Assembly: GCA_028534125.1 (NCBI GenBank) | Contig: CM052845.1 | Coordinates: forward strand, 17,298,001 to 17,362,000 | Direction of reading: 5' to 3' | Source: Lama glama | Taxonomy: Eukaryota | Length of the DNA stretch: 64,000 nt | In this document: positions 26,341 to 39,769 of the stretch, in pieces | Layout of the letters: the number at the start of each line of letters is the position of its first letter | How positions within the stretch are numbered: position 1 is the stretch's first letter | The notes under the pieces: generated by a model | What the model saw: only the letters and a program-made list of their open reading frames with translations | Databases searched by the model: none | What the model was told of the DNA's origin: nothing | Translations under genes and position numbers: made by a program

Positions 26341-28179
26341 GGACACGTGGGGCAACGTCACGGGAGCGCGCAGACCATTCGGGAAGGAATGCCCACAAAA
26401 TCACGCTGCCTCCACATTTTACTGTCGTCTCACTGCTAACTACCTTGCAGATGAGGGCACACCGTCAGCAACCTCAGAACTGATGCTGCAGTCCCACTTC
26501 CCAAAGCTGATCACTATCTGCCTCTGGCCAACCAGGTAAACCAACAAGAGCCCTCTGTGGGGTCCTTGGTGACAGCACCAGTCACGAAGAGGCCACGGCT
26601 CCCTTCAAGAATGTGCTTCTGCTAGCTTCTTCATATTTATAATGTTCTGTAACTTCACAGCATCACACGGATACAGCCCAGAGGAAATGTAGCAGTTAAT
26701 AAATTATTAAGCTGGTTTCCTTTAAAACATCAGGACCGGGCAGTACAAAGACTTGCCATAGTCTGTCAAATGCAAACGGATCTGTAAATCTCCGAAAGAA
26801 GAATTATCTGAGCGAAGGAACAGCTGGGCCTGCAGATCCCATGGCCCACCTGGGATCCCCTTACCGCAGCCTGTCACTCTTAAGGAGTTTAATGCTAATA
26901 CAGTCAATGAAACATAAAACGAGACCGAGGGAGGTGGGCTACGGGCACCCTCGAAGGAACTATCTTTTGCTTCATGAAATGACCTCTAAAGAGTCATCTG
27001 CTACAGGATAGCTTTGAAACTGCAGCACTGTGCTTGCCCAGAAATAATCATCGATGCTGGTGACTTGTTTATGACATGATGCATAAACAAATTTCCGCTT
27101 TGTCATAGTCTCGGTTAAATAGTTAGATTTCAGATTTCTTTGCTGCTGCCACATTGACTGAGCTAAAATCACTCATTCTTAAAATTATTACAGGTAGTTT
27201 TTTTTTGTTTTTTTCTCCAACAGGTAAAATGGCTTCAAAATTACTTTAGCTCCATGTTGGATTCTAATTTCTCTGACCTGAGGCACAGTTCCTTAACCTC
27301 TTTATTCCATCTACCAAACCTAAATTGGCTCACTTTGCAAAAAGGGCTACAACAGGGTTCTGGCTTGAAGAATTTGTTGGAACGTGTAGCCTCTGAGCAG
27401 AGTTTGTCGGGCAGGTGGGACGGCCAGCTGGTTGGGGGGATCAGATTAGTGGAAGCACAAAACTAGTACTTTCATCTGTGCCTCCCTCCCTTCCCGACAC
27501 AGGCAACTATACTTACAGTCAAGATGAAAAGCTGGAAAACATCCCAGTTTCATTTAAATGGGAACAGAGATTTGACATGTTAATGATGTGGGATGTACTG
27601 AGAGCAGCATCTTCCTTTTTTCCTCATTTATGACTTCAGATATCTCTACAGGGACCTTACAGTATAATTGATGTTTAAAATTTCCGTTATGAAAGGGACC
27701 AGATTTAAGAACGCTGACTAAGGACCGCAGTGCAGAAGGAGGTCTTCCAGCAGCCTCGACCGAGAGCAGCCCCTGCATCTGTCTCCGGGCTGGTTATCAG
27801 TCCGCTCTTGTCACGGGGTCAGCTCCTTTTGGCCATTGACTCCTAACCGTTTCAAAATGGTTCTCGGGTTTGTGATACAGATAGATGTTTCCGAGAAGTC
27901 GGGGTAGCTAGAGAGTTTCATGTTCAATTCCAATTATGATCTAAGCTTTATATTCAAAAGCATGATAATACAACAGGGTGACAGCAAATTTCCAGATAGT
28001 CCATGTAGTTAATCTTGTACCAAATGTCCCAGGGGAAAAAAAGCGTTTAAAACAATAAGGGTGTTGCTAACTTAATAGGATGAGTATAGATTCTGTAGAC
28101 GCTTAGAAGTCAGGCAGAGTATTTGACATTTCCAGAGTGAGAGGACAAGGGATGGTTAAAACTTGTTGTGTAACCTCCT

Positions 28180-28345
28180 ATGAAGTATCCAAATGCTTAA
28201 GCCTCAGACCTTTACCTATTAAACGTGGTTAATACTCACACATACTTTGTAAGATTGTTTTGAGGATGAAATGAGATAACATAGCAAAAGATTTAACATA
28301 GCTTAGTACATAGGACTGCTTGATAAATATTTATTATATTATGAT
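28180..28345 (+). mobile_element. MIR SINE 3' half, ending in (CAT)n
   Basis: AAGCCTCAG...GATTGTTTTGAGGATGAAATGAGATAAC...TTAGTACATAGG...TGATAAATATTTATTAT. Confidence 0.65.
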
Positions 28346-28364
28346 CATCATCATCATCATCATC
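28344..28364 (+). repeat. (ATC)n microsatellite
   Basis: ATCATCATCATCATCATCATC. Confidence 0.85.
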
Positions 28365-29246
28365 CCCAGAAGTTTGTTTTCCAGGAAAATAACAAAATAG
28401 AACGAGGTTTCAGGAAGCTTGAGCTGGCCATGGCAAAGGGGTGGGAGTGAAGGTTGGTAAGTGAGAGAGACCAGGAAGGAAGTGGTTCCTGGATGCCAGA
28501 GACGTGGTGATGGATCTTGGAGTAACTGGGATGGAGAAGAGACCGCCACGGAGAAAGGAAAAGCAATGCAAGATATCCAGATGGTTGAGAAATATCATAA
28601 TTCCCAAGAGCTATTAAGCTTTCCATAACGTGTGAAAGTCCATTCTCCATTAGGGTGAACAGATGTATCTTTACATATTTGCTTCACCATATGGAGGAAA
28701 GCCATCCTAAAGCAAGACTGATTTTTTTTTTTAATTTCCAATGATTACCTCTTAGAATGTAAGGATTCTGTTTAATATATCATTCTTTCTCCTCAAAGCA
28801 CAAACACTTCCAAAAATACATAAGGTAAAGACTCTATCTTTCGTGGGTTAACAGCACCCCAGCTTTCCTGTGAGGCTCTCTTCTGGGAGAGCCTGTTCTT
28901 GGGGCAAGTTAGTTTCAGGTTTCCCCATCACACTGTGCTGTGTTTTCTAAAACTTTGAAGCCACAGTCACACCGATTCTTTTGTGAATGCTGACTGATTG
29001 CACGATTGATTTTCTCCAAACAGTAACTCACAGTATTCACCTTCTCTTTCTTACATTCCAAATCAATAAACAGTGAGATTCTGCCGCTTATGACATAATA
29101 ACACGATGCTGATTTATAATATTCTTGCTAGAGTTTTCATCTTTTTAAGGTAAATATTACTTTTCTTAGGTATAAGATCAAAGGTGACACAATTTTTTAA
29201 ATGCCTTTTCAATGTCAGTTTAGTTACTTTACAAGAATGCCATTGG

Positions 29247-29345
29247 AGGGGCGAGTGGGTAGCTCAGTGGTAGAGCACATGCTTAGCATGTGTGGGGTCC
29301 TGGGTTCAATCCCCAGTGCCTCTGTTTAAAAATAAACAAACACTA
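29247..29345 (+). mobile_element. vic-1-type tRNA-Ala-derived SINE (camelid), short form
   Basis: TAGCTCAGTGGTAGAGCACATGCTTAGCATG...GGTTCAATCCCCAG plus A-rich tail; 14-bp TSD AAGAATGCCA(T/C)TGG at 29233-29246 and 29346-29359. Confidence 0.88.
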
Positions 29346-30567
29346 AAGAATGCCACTGGGGGAAAAATGATAATATGAATGAAAAGTTCTTTTAAGGAGA
29401 AAAACACTGTATCTTATAAAACAATTAAAATACATATACCTGTCATCTACCAACCATTTTAAGAAATTCTCAATTTATATCAGTTTCTTGTTGAAATAAT
29501 TTATCTTAGAGGCAGGAATAAACAGACAACTTCAGAAAAATTCTGATTTTTTTTTTTACATTTCACTTCCCATTCATTTTATTTTTATTCATTTTAAAAG
29601 ATCAATTTTAACAGAAGCCCTCACCAAACAAGTACCAAGTACTGTGATGGAGTTTTGTCAAACAGAGTGACAGTAACCAGTGAAACGTCCCTTCGCCGGA
29701 TTGGCCTTGTAAGATTCCTCGCTTGGACATCCACATTCCCAACTCAGCCTTCTCTCGATTTAATGTTTGGACGAAGTTGGAATTTAACTTTGACAAGCAG
29801 AAGGCGGTTTCTTTCTGGGATGCGTGATGATGCATGTGTGCTAAGTCATTTAATATACGTAAAAATGAGTCAAAAGCTGAAGAACAGTTTGCTCCACGTC
29901 TCAAGAAGCTCTTCTTTTGGGGGCTGTCGATCTAGCCTGTAAATACCCTGGCTCCGAGGCCGGGAGAAGGCTGACTATTTTCAACAGAAAATCCGTAAAA
30001 CTGTTTGGTGGAGGATGGGGCTGATTATTCCACTTCAGGACTCAATGCTCGTCTTAAGCACTTGGAGCCAAATAAAGCCAGGGATGGAAAAGAAATGCGG
30101 AATGCAGGCCAGAAGGAATAAAAGGGAACAAGAAAAGAGTCATGAAAAGACTCTGAAAAAAGGAAGAGCAATTAGAGGGGGAGCAAGCAGGAAACCGAGG
30201 AGACAAGGGAAGGCTGCAGTGTGAAGGCTCGGGTTGCAGGAAGAGGCTGAGTTGTACTTTGGGAGAACAGTGAACATCCGCTCTCTTCTCATCTGTTACA
30301 TCGCCTCCAGCAAAGCAAACACAACTATTTCAATATTGGTGGTGTTTTTAAAAGCCTATAGAAAGGAGCTGAAACAGCCCACTTAACTGACTTAGTTTTT
30401 AGCATGTTCAAGGGCTTCTTTAGTACAAACTATTTTTTTGGGCGGGGTAAATATCCCAAATGAATTTCTTTGTTTACACTCTTTGTAAACACGTGCAACG
30501 ATAAAATTCTTCAGTGATGTCTACGAGCATTTAGTCTGCAATCTCCTCTCAGAGTCCCAAGTGCAGA

Positions 30568-30695
30568 NNNNNNNNNNNNNNNNNNNNNNNNNNNNNNNNN
30601 NNNNNNNNNNNNNNNNNNNNNNNNNNNNNNNNNNNNNNNNNNNNNNNNNNNNNNNNNNNNNNNNNNNNNNNNNNNNNNNNNNNNNNNNNNNNNNN
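30568..30695. other. Assembly gap (N run)
   Basis: 128 N. Confidence 1.
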
Positions 30696-31146
30696 CATTT
30701 TTAAAGGAAACTTTGCCAATTTTTTCTGAGTATAAACACGTGAACTCCCTTCCCGTATAATTTTGGCTCTGAATAAAAGGTCACATGTGAGTGGTGTAGA
30801 TTTCTTTGTTTGATAAGATCTACTTTGCAGGGTGAGTGTGAATGATGTGAGCATCATTACGGGGCTATTTTCCAAGGACCTTCTTAAACCCCGGGATCCA
30901 TCTTGAGTGCAACCTGAAGGCCAGATGTCCCAGCCCCATAGGGATGCTAGAAGGAACGGGCAAAAATGATGCTCTGTCTGACGCTGGCAGAGATGGACGT
31001 GAGCTTAGGTGCACCTTCTGTCCGTGTGCTGCCCCTAAGCAAAGCCGTCAGTTTTTTCTATACAAATTATTTATATAGAAATTATATAATAATTATATAA
31101 TAATTTTCTATACAAATGTTTAGGACAGAACTGTTGTTTGTCACCC

Positions 31147-31574
31147 CGATAAACGCTCTCCTTGACCAGGCTTTAGCCACGCTCTCCTGAGCCCTCTGCC
31201 CCCCACCCTTGCTGGGCCTGCACAGCTCAGTTTTAGCAAGAATCCTGCTATGTCACTTTAGAGAGACTCCCTCACCCTCCATATCTGATTAAATTCTCAT
31301 CTCCCACCTCTGAGCCATCAGGCCTTGGCCTGCCTTCAGTAAGAACTCTGTTGAGTCAGTTTAGCAACAATCCTCCCAGGCTTGATAACTCCTCTTAGTA
31401 ATTTTCCATCCACCAACCCCCCTACTTGCTCCTTTCTTATAAATCCCTACTTGTTCTTGTATTCAGAGCTGAGCCCAAATACAACATGGCGATAACATGA
31501 TACCTACAGCGGCTGCCCTGAATCAAGACTACCTTATCGTTTCGACAAGGGTCACAGTAACTTTTTCTCTAACA
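31147..31574 (+). mobile_element. MER31-like ERV1 solo LTR
   Basis: CTCTCCTTGACCAGGCTTTAG..., twice-occurring AGCAAGAATCCTG/AGTTTAG motifs, CTCCTCTTAGTAATTTTCCATCCAC, TATAAATCCC, ends TTTTTCTCTAACA; matches remembered MER31 consensus. Confidence 0.8.
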
Positions 31575-33929
31575 TTATCCATTGTATGTGCTCCCAGGCC
31601 GTGGTTTCCAGGTAAGGACCGGGAATGGCGAGAAGCACACAAGGGTGATGAGCATGGTAGAAGGCTTGGCCTGAAAATCAGGGGTCAAGATGCCACCAGG
31701 ATCTGGCATCAGGTGACCTGAATACCGTGAGCTTGTGAGCCAGAAGTGTGATCAAGACAATGGGTTCCTGAAAAGAGGTTCTTCAAGATTGGATGAATTG
31801 GGGCCTTATGGTTTCACGCTCTGCCCGCCCTTTGATGCCCAGAGTTGACCTTGCTGAAGGGATCACAAGGGTCTGGAATCTGGGTGGCAGCATTAGCATC
31901 AAAGACTTGAAATCTAAGAAGGAAACAGCATCGGGGGTGAGCAGCCTGATGATGACGAGTTTGGAAAATGAATACACTACAAGAGGAAGAAAGTTCACGA
32001 AATACTTCTTGCTCAAGTCCTTCAGCCCCAACACGAATGAAAACGGGGCTGCACCTGGCTGGGAATGACATTGCTCAGCGGAGCGACTCTGAATGTGAGA
32101 TATGCAGCAAACAGCCAGGGTATAATTTGAAAACATCCAAAAGACTTGAAGTAGTGAAAGAAAAAAATCAGATAATCCAAGTTAATTCAATTACTCAATT
32201 CATCAGCCATCTAGTTGCATGTGATCAAACCCAAGATAATTCACTAATGCAGTCTCTTTGAGAATCCCCACCTCTTTTCTTCTTATACATGATGAGGAAA
32301 ATGGTCTCAGCAAATGAGAACCAATTCAGATTTCATTCTCTACCTACTTGCATCTAAATATGATCTTATCAATAGGAACACAATCCTTTGGCTCTCTTAA
32401 GTGACTGTAGATAGTCAATCAAAACCACACATTTAACAAACTAGCATACAATTCCTTCTCCAATAAATTGCATCAAAGCATTATCTCAGGAGGTTTCTCT
32501 GCTATTATTACTCCAAAAGCAAAATGCATATTCTAGTTCTAACCTCGCAATGTCAAGAACATTTACTCAACACCTTCACTTCCTGGTAAAAAAAAAGGAG
32601 CAAACTGTGAGTGAGAGCACGTCTTCCCTTCAGATAAAGAATACTCAGCTCTTCATTAAGAAAACAGTAACCACAGGACCTTGCGTGGGGTTTTTCCATC
32701 TCTATTCTAGTCTCCAGTCCTAAAAAAACAGTCAACCGTTCTTATTCTTCCCCCATCATCACTTTTCCTTTAATGGTTACAGATCTTTATTCATCCCAGG
32801 ATCTGACCCATCCTAGTGCCCTGAGTCTTTTGTCCACACTCATGGTCCCTCATCCTTCTATGTTGACAGAGATGTAACTGGAGTGGCCAGGGAGCAAGGA
32901 AGACACACTAGGGATCAATTTATCTTTGGCAAGGGGATTGACTAATAGTTTTTTTTGTTTTTTCCTGTCTCTAATTTCTGTGATTTCCCTTTGTCAGGGG
33001 GATTCCCAGGCCAATTCTTTCCTAGCTGTCAAAAGCACCTGCTCTCACGCCTGGGCTCAGCACCGGTCAGGCCCTCGAACAGCTGTCTGATCTCATCCCT
33101 GGTCAGAGCACACACCTCCCTCTGGGACCACGCCGGTGGACAGGCTCCAGCGCAAGGAGGCTTCTGGGTAACTGTGGTCCTTTGCTGAGCAGGGAGGTGA
33201 TGAGAGCAGTCGCCCAGCCCATGGGCTCGGCCGCCCTCTCACCACCTTCCCCCACGCGCTGGGGGCCAAAACAAGAGGAGGTTCGCTAAGAGGTCAGGCA
33301 GGCAGAGAGGACACGCGGCAGAGACTTTCAAGAAGATTTTACCAAATTATTCTGGGATGTCAGCCAAAGCCCGGGTTAACCTCAGTTGCGTCACTGGTAA
33401 AGTAATCAGCCGCCTGCTGAAATGGCAAAGCAAGATGTGGCCTTGGTTAAGTTTCGGGAAATTGGGGAGTTTTGCGAGCTGCATAAACTCTCCCCGTTGG
33501 GAGACAGTTTACATAATGATCTTGAATACCCTTCCCTCTGTCTGCTTATTTTTTTATACGGAGTTCAAGGTGTTTGCCTTGATATAAATCAAGACTGGTG
33601 CGTATCGTCATCAGCGTAACTGATGCGCTAGCGTAACTGATCCCCAGCGGAACACACGTGCATTTATCACCCATCAGGTGTGAGTTCCAGCCACATCCAC
33701 ACACACTCATCGCACGCTTCCTCTACGCCAAGCGCCCGACCAGCCGCTGGGGAAGAGACAGGAAGGGAAGCCGTCGTGGCCCCTGTTCTCATGGGGTTTC
33801 TGGTCTAATGTGATTCGTTTGATTCATTCCTGCAGTCCGTCCCTTCCTTTCCCTTGGCTGTCACTCTAGCTGAATCTTAACCAGCTCTTAGAGGAGTTGC
33901 TGCACTAGCCCCTTTTCTGAAGTAGCAAA

Positions 33930-34075
33930 TAAAGGAGCCTTGAGAAGTACGTCCTATTTTTAACCCCACTGATGAGGAATGGAGACACCAAGAGATGCAG
34001 AAAACTGTCTCAGGACACAGAACTAGGTAGCGGTGGAACTGGAACATGGGACCAGGCAGTCTGACTCCAGGGTTA
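33930..34075 (-). mobile_element. MIR SINE
   Basis: CTGATGAGGAATGGAGAC...CACAGAACTAGGTAGCGGTGGAACTGG...CCAGGCAGTCTGACTCCAG. Confidence 0.7.
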
Positions 34076-34384
34076 GACTCTAGATGCTTGACCCAGATAA
34101 TGGTACAGGTACAGACATTGTACAGATAAATGTATTGTTAAAGCATGGCTCTGGCCATGTTATTCTCCTCACATACCTTCCCTGGCCCTCTGCTAATGAC
34201 TGAATCATGTACAAAGGTCCCAGGCTAGCGTGAAAAGCCCTGCTCAGTCTTTCTTCAACCTGCCTTTGCAGTTTCCTGGCTGCCTGCTGTGGGTGGCACA
34301 CACCCAGGGCACTTGGACTATTCACTACCCACCCCAAGAGCCTGCTTCCCTCTGCCCCATTTTTGCCCAATTTTTATGTCCTTC

Positions 34385-34884
34385 NNNNNNNNNNNNNNNN
34401 NNNNNNNNNNNNNNNNNNNNNNNNNNNNNNNNNNNNNNNNNNNNNNNNNNNNNNNNNNNNNNNNNNNNNNNNNNNNNNNNNNNNNNNNNNNNNNNNNNNN
34501 NNNNNNNNNNNNNNNNNNNNNNNNNNNNNNNNNNNNNNNNNNNNNNNNNNNNNNNNNNNNNNNNNNNNNNNNNNNNNNNNNNNNNNNNNNNNNNNNNNNN
34601 NNNNNNNNNNNNNNNNNNNNNNNNNNNNNNNNNNNNNNNNNNNNNNNNNNNNNNNNNNNNNNNNNNNNNNNNNNNNNNNNNNNNNNNNNNNNNNNNNNNN
34701 NNNNNNNNNNNNNNNNNNNNNNNNNNNNNNNNNNNNNNNNNNNNNNNNNNNNNNNNNNNNNNNNNNNNNNNNNNNNNNNNNNNNNNNNNNNNNNNNNNNN
34801 NNNNNNNNNNNNNNNNNNNNNNNNNNNNNNNNNNNNNNNNNNNNNNNNNNNNNNNNNNNNNNNNNNNNNNNNNNNNNNNNNNNN
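34385..34884. other. Assembly gap (N run)
   Basis: 500 N. Confidence 1.
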
Positions 34885-36329
34885 AGGGACTAAACTAAAA
34901 ATGTATTATAGGCTGGGTGGCCATTTAATTTAATGACAAAGCCAAGACATTTGTAAGAGTGGAAGGAGGCACTATTGATTATTGTGGAACAACAGAGAAA
35001 CCTGAATTGTTCCAGAGTTGAAATCTTGTGTTGTGGATCTGTAAAAAGCCCAAAACTAACTATAGGGCACCAAAGAAACCCCCAGATTTTCATTTTTTCC
35101 CCCATCAATCCACCTGTGTCTAGAATTTTCAACTGTCATTCTCTTTATTTTTGAGAATAAATTAGGATAGCATTCGGCATAATAGAATATCGGCATAATA
35201 TGTGATTCACCCCAGGTGAGGTTCACAGCAAACGAAAACAGTAGAAGACCAAAATGTGACCCGAACACAGTGAAGGGCCCCCCTGTGGTGCCGGAGCCCT
35301 GACCGGGGCAGCCAGCTCCCTGCTCTGCTGCGTGGCTGTTCCAGCGCTCTGGGGACTCCTAACATGGCTACCATTATTGTCTGTCTACCCAAGCGAATCT
35401 TGGCTCGTACCTGAATTTGTATTTTCAAAACATGTCGGCTCATTACATTTATTGCATTGTAAATGATATTTAAAATTGAGTTAAATAATTTAAAGAGAAA
35501 ATATCAAGGGCTTGAAATGAATATCTTTAAATATAATGCAATCAGGTAGATATTTCTGCAATGTTTGGTGACATTAATGTGGTGATACTGAGTAACTCTG
35601 TTGACAATTAGTCAGAAGATGGAGCAGAGGTCTTATAAGAAAATTACTCCCAGGTGACAAAATATTGAAAATTCAATTATACTCTGTTTATCATAGGCTT
35701 ATATTAGCAACTATATTCCTAATAAAGATCTTGATAATACGCAAATTAATGGGCGCACAGGGGAGTACTTTTAGAAATATTTTTTCTCCTTACAGTATTC
35801 TACAATATTGATTTCTAAAGTGCTCCAAATGACAGCATAAAGCTCACTAAAGAAAATTCTTAACATAAATTATATGCATAAGAACACATGATATATTAAA
35901 GTGCTCAAGATTACAAAAATAACCTTAATGTATAATGACAATGTGCAATAAATTAAATGTTTAAAATTTTAAGTTATTCAAGTGTATAAATCACTTGGGA
36001 AAGAAAATCTAGTGAATGCAAATAAGAAGAAACCATACACAGGATGCACAAATGGTCTGAATTCTAATTAAAACAGTATGTCATGGAAGCCAATGCATTC
36101 GGCCTTCTTTTTACAAAAGTGGTTTTAAAAATCATCCACAACCTAGAGCCCTTTCTAAACTATTTTTACAGGTCAGAGTACACATATACCTGTTTTCCCA
36201 TCAAGAAGACCAAAATGTTCCTCTGCACTGAGCTTAGCTTTCGTACTTACTACTCCCACTGTTTTCTGATGTCATGCCTAGTTCAATGGCTACTCCTTTT
36301 ATTCATGTGGTTGTTGACAGATTTAACTG

Positions 36330-36700
36330 GGCACCTATTTGGGGTGTAGCTGCATTGCTACATGATCCATGGAACAGATTTAGAAGCCTAGTTCTCCTTC
36401 TCCAGGCACTGATGGAAGAGGGGAGGGGAAAAGACAGACACACAGATGACGTCTAAGCAACGCAGTACATGCTAAATGTCAAGGAAGAACGCAGGTGAAC
36501 AGACATTACAGGACTTTATGCTTTGGGTTATAAGGATAACAACAAGGAAGAGGTCCTTCAGTGGAGCCATGAAAGATTGGTAGGATTTGGGTCCGTGAAG
36601 AGTAGGCAGGAGGGTAATGCAGACAGTCAGCATGGCATGATCGAGGCAAAGAGGCAAGAAAGCACATGATTTATTCACTGGATGGCAAATAATCAAGAAG
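36330..36700 (-). mobile_element. L2 LINE fragment
   Basis: AACTGGGCACCTA...GAGCCATGAAAGATTGGTAGGATTTGG...GCAGACAGTCAGCATGGCATG. Confidence 0.5.
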
Positions 36701-39700
36701 AGCCTGTAATAATGTCTTCTTCATAGAGAATCTCAAGAAGAGGAAGATAAGATTATTTGGTATTTAAACGATAGGAAAGCTAAGCTCAGAGAATTAAAGT
36801 CTTCCCAAGAAGGTTGATTCAACTTCTTTCCTGTCTTCTCAAGTGAACAAACATTTTTATGGGGCCAGGAACCAAGAGATTGGAGGAAAGAAATAATTTC
36901 TAAACATAAGGAAAGTATAAAAGAAGGGCAGAAATCTGAACAGGGTTATATATATGTTCCCTGCATACCTGGGGATTAAGAATAGTGGGGACTAAGAATA
37001 GCTTTGAAATAAATAAATAGTTTGAATTTGGTAAAAGTACATAGCAGTGAAAAGGTTTCAAGTAGGGAAGTAAGACAAAGTCACAATGTTGAAAACTTGG
37101 AAGGGATTTGGAAATGGTGAGTGGAAATAAAAAAAAATAGAAAATTGAGCTCCACTTTGGCAAATTGCCTTGATTGCCATGATGAAAAATATATAATGCA
37201 AGTCATGTGAATTTATAATTTTTTTTAAATTTATAGCAGTTTATGTTTAGAAAATTCTTTAAAAAATTTCCAGTGTGAAAGAGACTCATATTTGCTGCTT
37301 TTGATGGCAATATGATTTTCGGTGGGAAGAGGAACAGAAAAGATAGCAAAGAAGCATCAGGAAGCCAACAGAGAAAAAGCAGAATTCCAAATCAAATGCA
37401 ACTCAGATTCAGTCCGTGAAACAAACAAGATTTGGTGACTCCATTGGTACAAGAACCACTCTGCTAAAGGGCTAACCTTTGGAGGAGAAAAGGGACATCT
37501 GAGCAGTGTAATGCCCAAACTAATGAGAATTAATGCAAAAATATCAATAGAGACAAACACGTGACAAAGAGGTCTGAAATCACAAGTGTCTGGGGCTCTC
37601 ATTAGAGTTATTGCTAAGATTCTGTATTATCCAAACCTGCAAGGTCTTGGCTTTCAGCTCTGTAGCCCCTGAAGATTCAGGAACAATGGCTTGGCTGTGT
37701 TTGTTGAATGAATAACTGAAAAACAAAGTAAGGAAAACTTGGATAATGATATTTTCGCCTAGTGGGGAATCTGAGATAAATTTCAAAAATGTTGTATAAC
37801 TGGAAAGAGAAAATCAAAGAGAGAAGCTGAGAAGACATCCTCTCAATGGGGAGGTCGTGAGGCCAAGAGCTCCCCAAAACGAGTCCAGTGAGCTGGCAGG
37901 AAGCAAGACCCTTCCAGCCTTGCTTCAGAGGCTTCCGGGGAAAGGCTGATAAACTTGCTGAAGAGGACAGAGTTCAAATAAAAACTGGAGCGTTGGACCC
38001 TCTCCATAAGCCAGCAGGTGTTTCTCTGTGTTAACTTTGAGGAGGCAAAGAAAAATAAAACCTCCTCTCCAGGAAGCAAGGAAGCTACTGGACGTGAGAA
38101 ACGTTATCGTCCTCTAGAGGGGGTGGCGGACAAAGAGGTGGGGGGGATGGGGCACTGCCAGGACAGTCAAATTGGAAAGTCATGTGCTAATTAAATAATC
38201 AAGGAAGCAAGGAATTAGGGGATTTGGTACACATTACTGTTCCTTCCAAATGGATTACTTATTTTTTTCTTCAGCCTGGGGGCAGATCACCACTGCTCAT
38301 TATATGCATAGAAAATTGGAAGTCCTTGTATTTTTGGTTATTCTCATAACGTGACCCATTTTCAAATGCATCACACATGCTTCCAGTCTTTTGCATCTTG
38401 TGCATGTTTTACTACTTAAAAAAAAAAAAACCTTTCTGTTTTATTGACCAAATATCTATTTGCAAACAAAATACTCTCAGAAGAATATATTTTCCAGGTG
38501 AACTAGGGAAGAAACAGAAGTAATGAAAATACATTTAAAGTATAATGAAACAATCTGAAGTCATTAATGACGTAAACTGCCCTGTCGAGGGTTCCTTAAA
38601 AGTTGGCGAAGATGTCAGTGTCACATTTAATACAGAAAATATGCAAAGTATAGTTAAAAGAAAGAGACTACTGGTTTATGTGTTTTCATAACATAATGAA
38701 TCTGTTGACAGTATGTATATTGCTGTTACTTATTATCCCACAGTGACAAGAAAATGTCACCAATTACTGGCTACAATGACAGAACACAATTTATTCCTAA
38801 CAATTTATATCCATAAGGGGAAAAAAAAGCAGGCTACCGAAAGCCAGCTACCATTCCACTCCCCAGCAGCAGTTTTCTAACTGGAAGTACGTTTGCAAAG
38901 GATAACAAGTTATTTTTGTTAATGAGTATTTGCATAATTTACCTATGTAACACCATCAGCTACAAACTAAAATAAGATACTTACTCTAAGGGATATTTTT
39001 AAATCAGATGTAACTGAAATACCACATTTGTAGAGCAGGCTTTCGTCAACTAACATATTGTATCCTGTTCTAAACCTAGATGTCTTTAAAGCTGCAATGA
39101 CTTTTAGAGTGAGGGAAGCAAGATTTGAACAGGTACTAAGTCAGCCTTTCAAATAGGTATTTACTGCTTACCCTGGCTTATTAAAAACAACAGGTTGACA
39201 GAATCAGGTATTTGAATATCTCAGTTACAAAGAAATTCAGAGTGATGACATGAGAGAGGAGAAAGAGGGGGAGAGGGTCTGACAATTAATAAGCAGATAA
39301 TTAACAATAATGATTAAACTAGGCATTACAATACAATTTTACTAAATTAGGAAGATCAGAGGATGTGAGAAGAGAGTTATAAGAAAATTCTGATCTTGTA
39401 AACTACAGCAGAAAATATAGTCTGGGAAATGAGAATTTTACAGAAATTTCTAAAGAAATCCAAAATTGAAATAACAAAGAAATTCATGAAGAAGCAGGAG
39501 GAAGGGAAAAGTAGCAAGTAATGCATCTTCTGAATGGCTTTAGTAACATCACAGTAAGATTTAGATCAGGATTGAATTAAAGGGCCACAAAAGACGACTT
39601 AACCATTGAAAACGTATGTAGAGGACAGACGCCATGCTTCTTCACGTACTGACGATATTCATCTTAGGCACCAAAAATAACGTTGAGCAGAAATGTGACG

Positions 39701-39769
39701 CTACTACCATTAAAATGGCGATAGAGTGTGTGTGTGTTTGTGCGCATGTGTGTGTTTTGAGGTCCCCAG

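Noticed and set aside
29247-29325. tRNA-Ala(AGC) gene (also the copies at 13115-13195 and 14755-14830)
   Set aside because: Extended 5' leader, imperfect stems, A-rich tails and TSDs identify these as SINEs, not functional tRNA genes.
34230-34933. Long ORFs spanning N runs (also ~16545-16938, 21897-22127, 30549-30875, plus-strand 55036-55653)
   Set aside because: Artefacts of translating Ns without stops; only the minus-strand frame at 55238-55337 is real.
37780-37830. Strong minus-strand acceptor cttctctctttgattttctctttccag
   Set aside because: In-frame stop after five codons and no convincing nearby donor; such tracts are common by chance.
39560-39680. Possible RTE/L4 reverse-transcriptase YADD-like remnant
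   Set aside because: Needs frameshifts to read; similarity too weak to support by eye.
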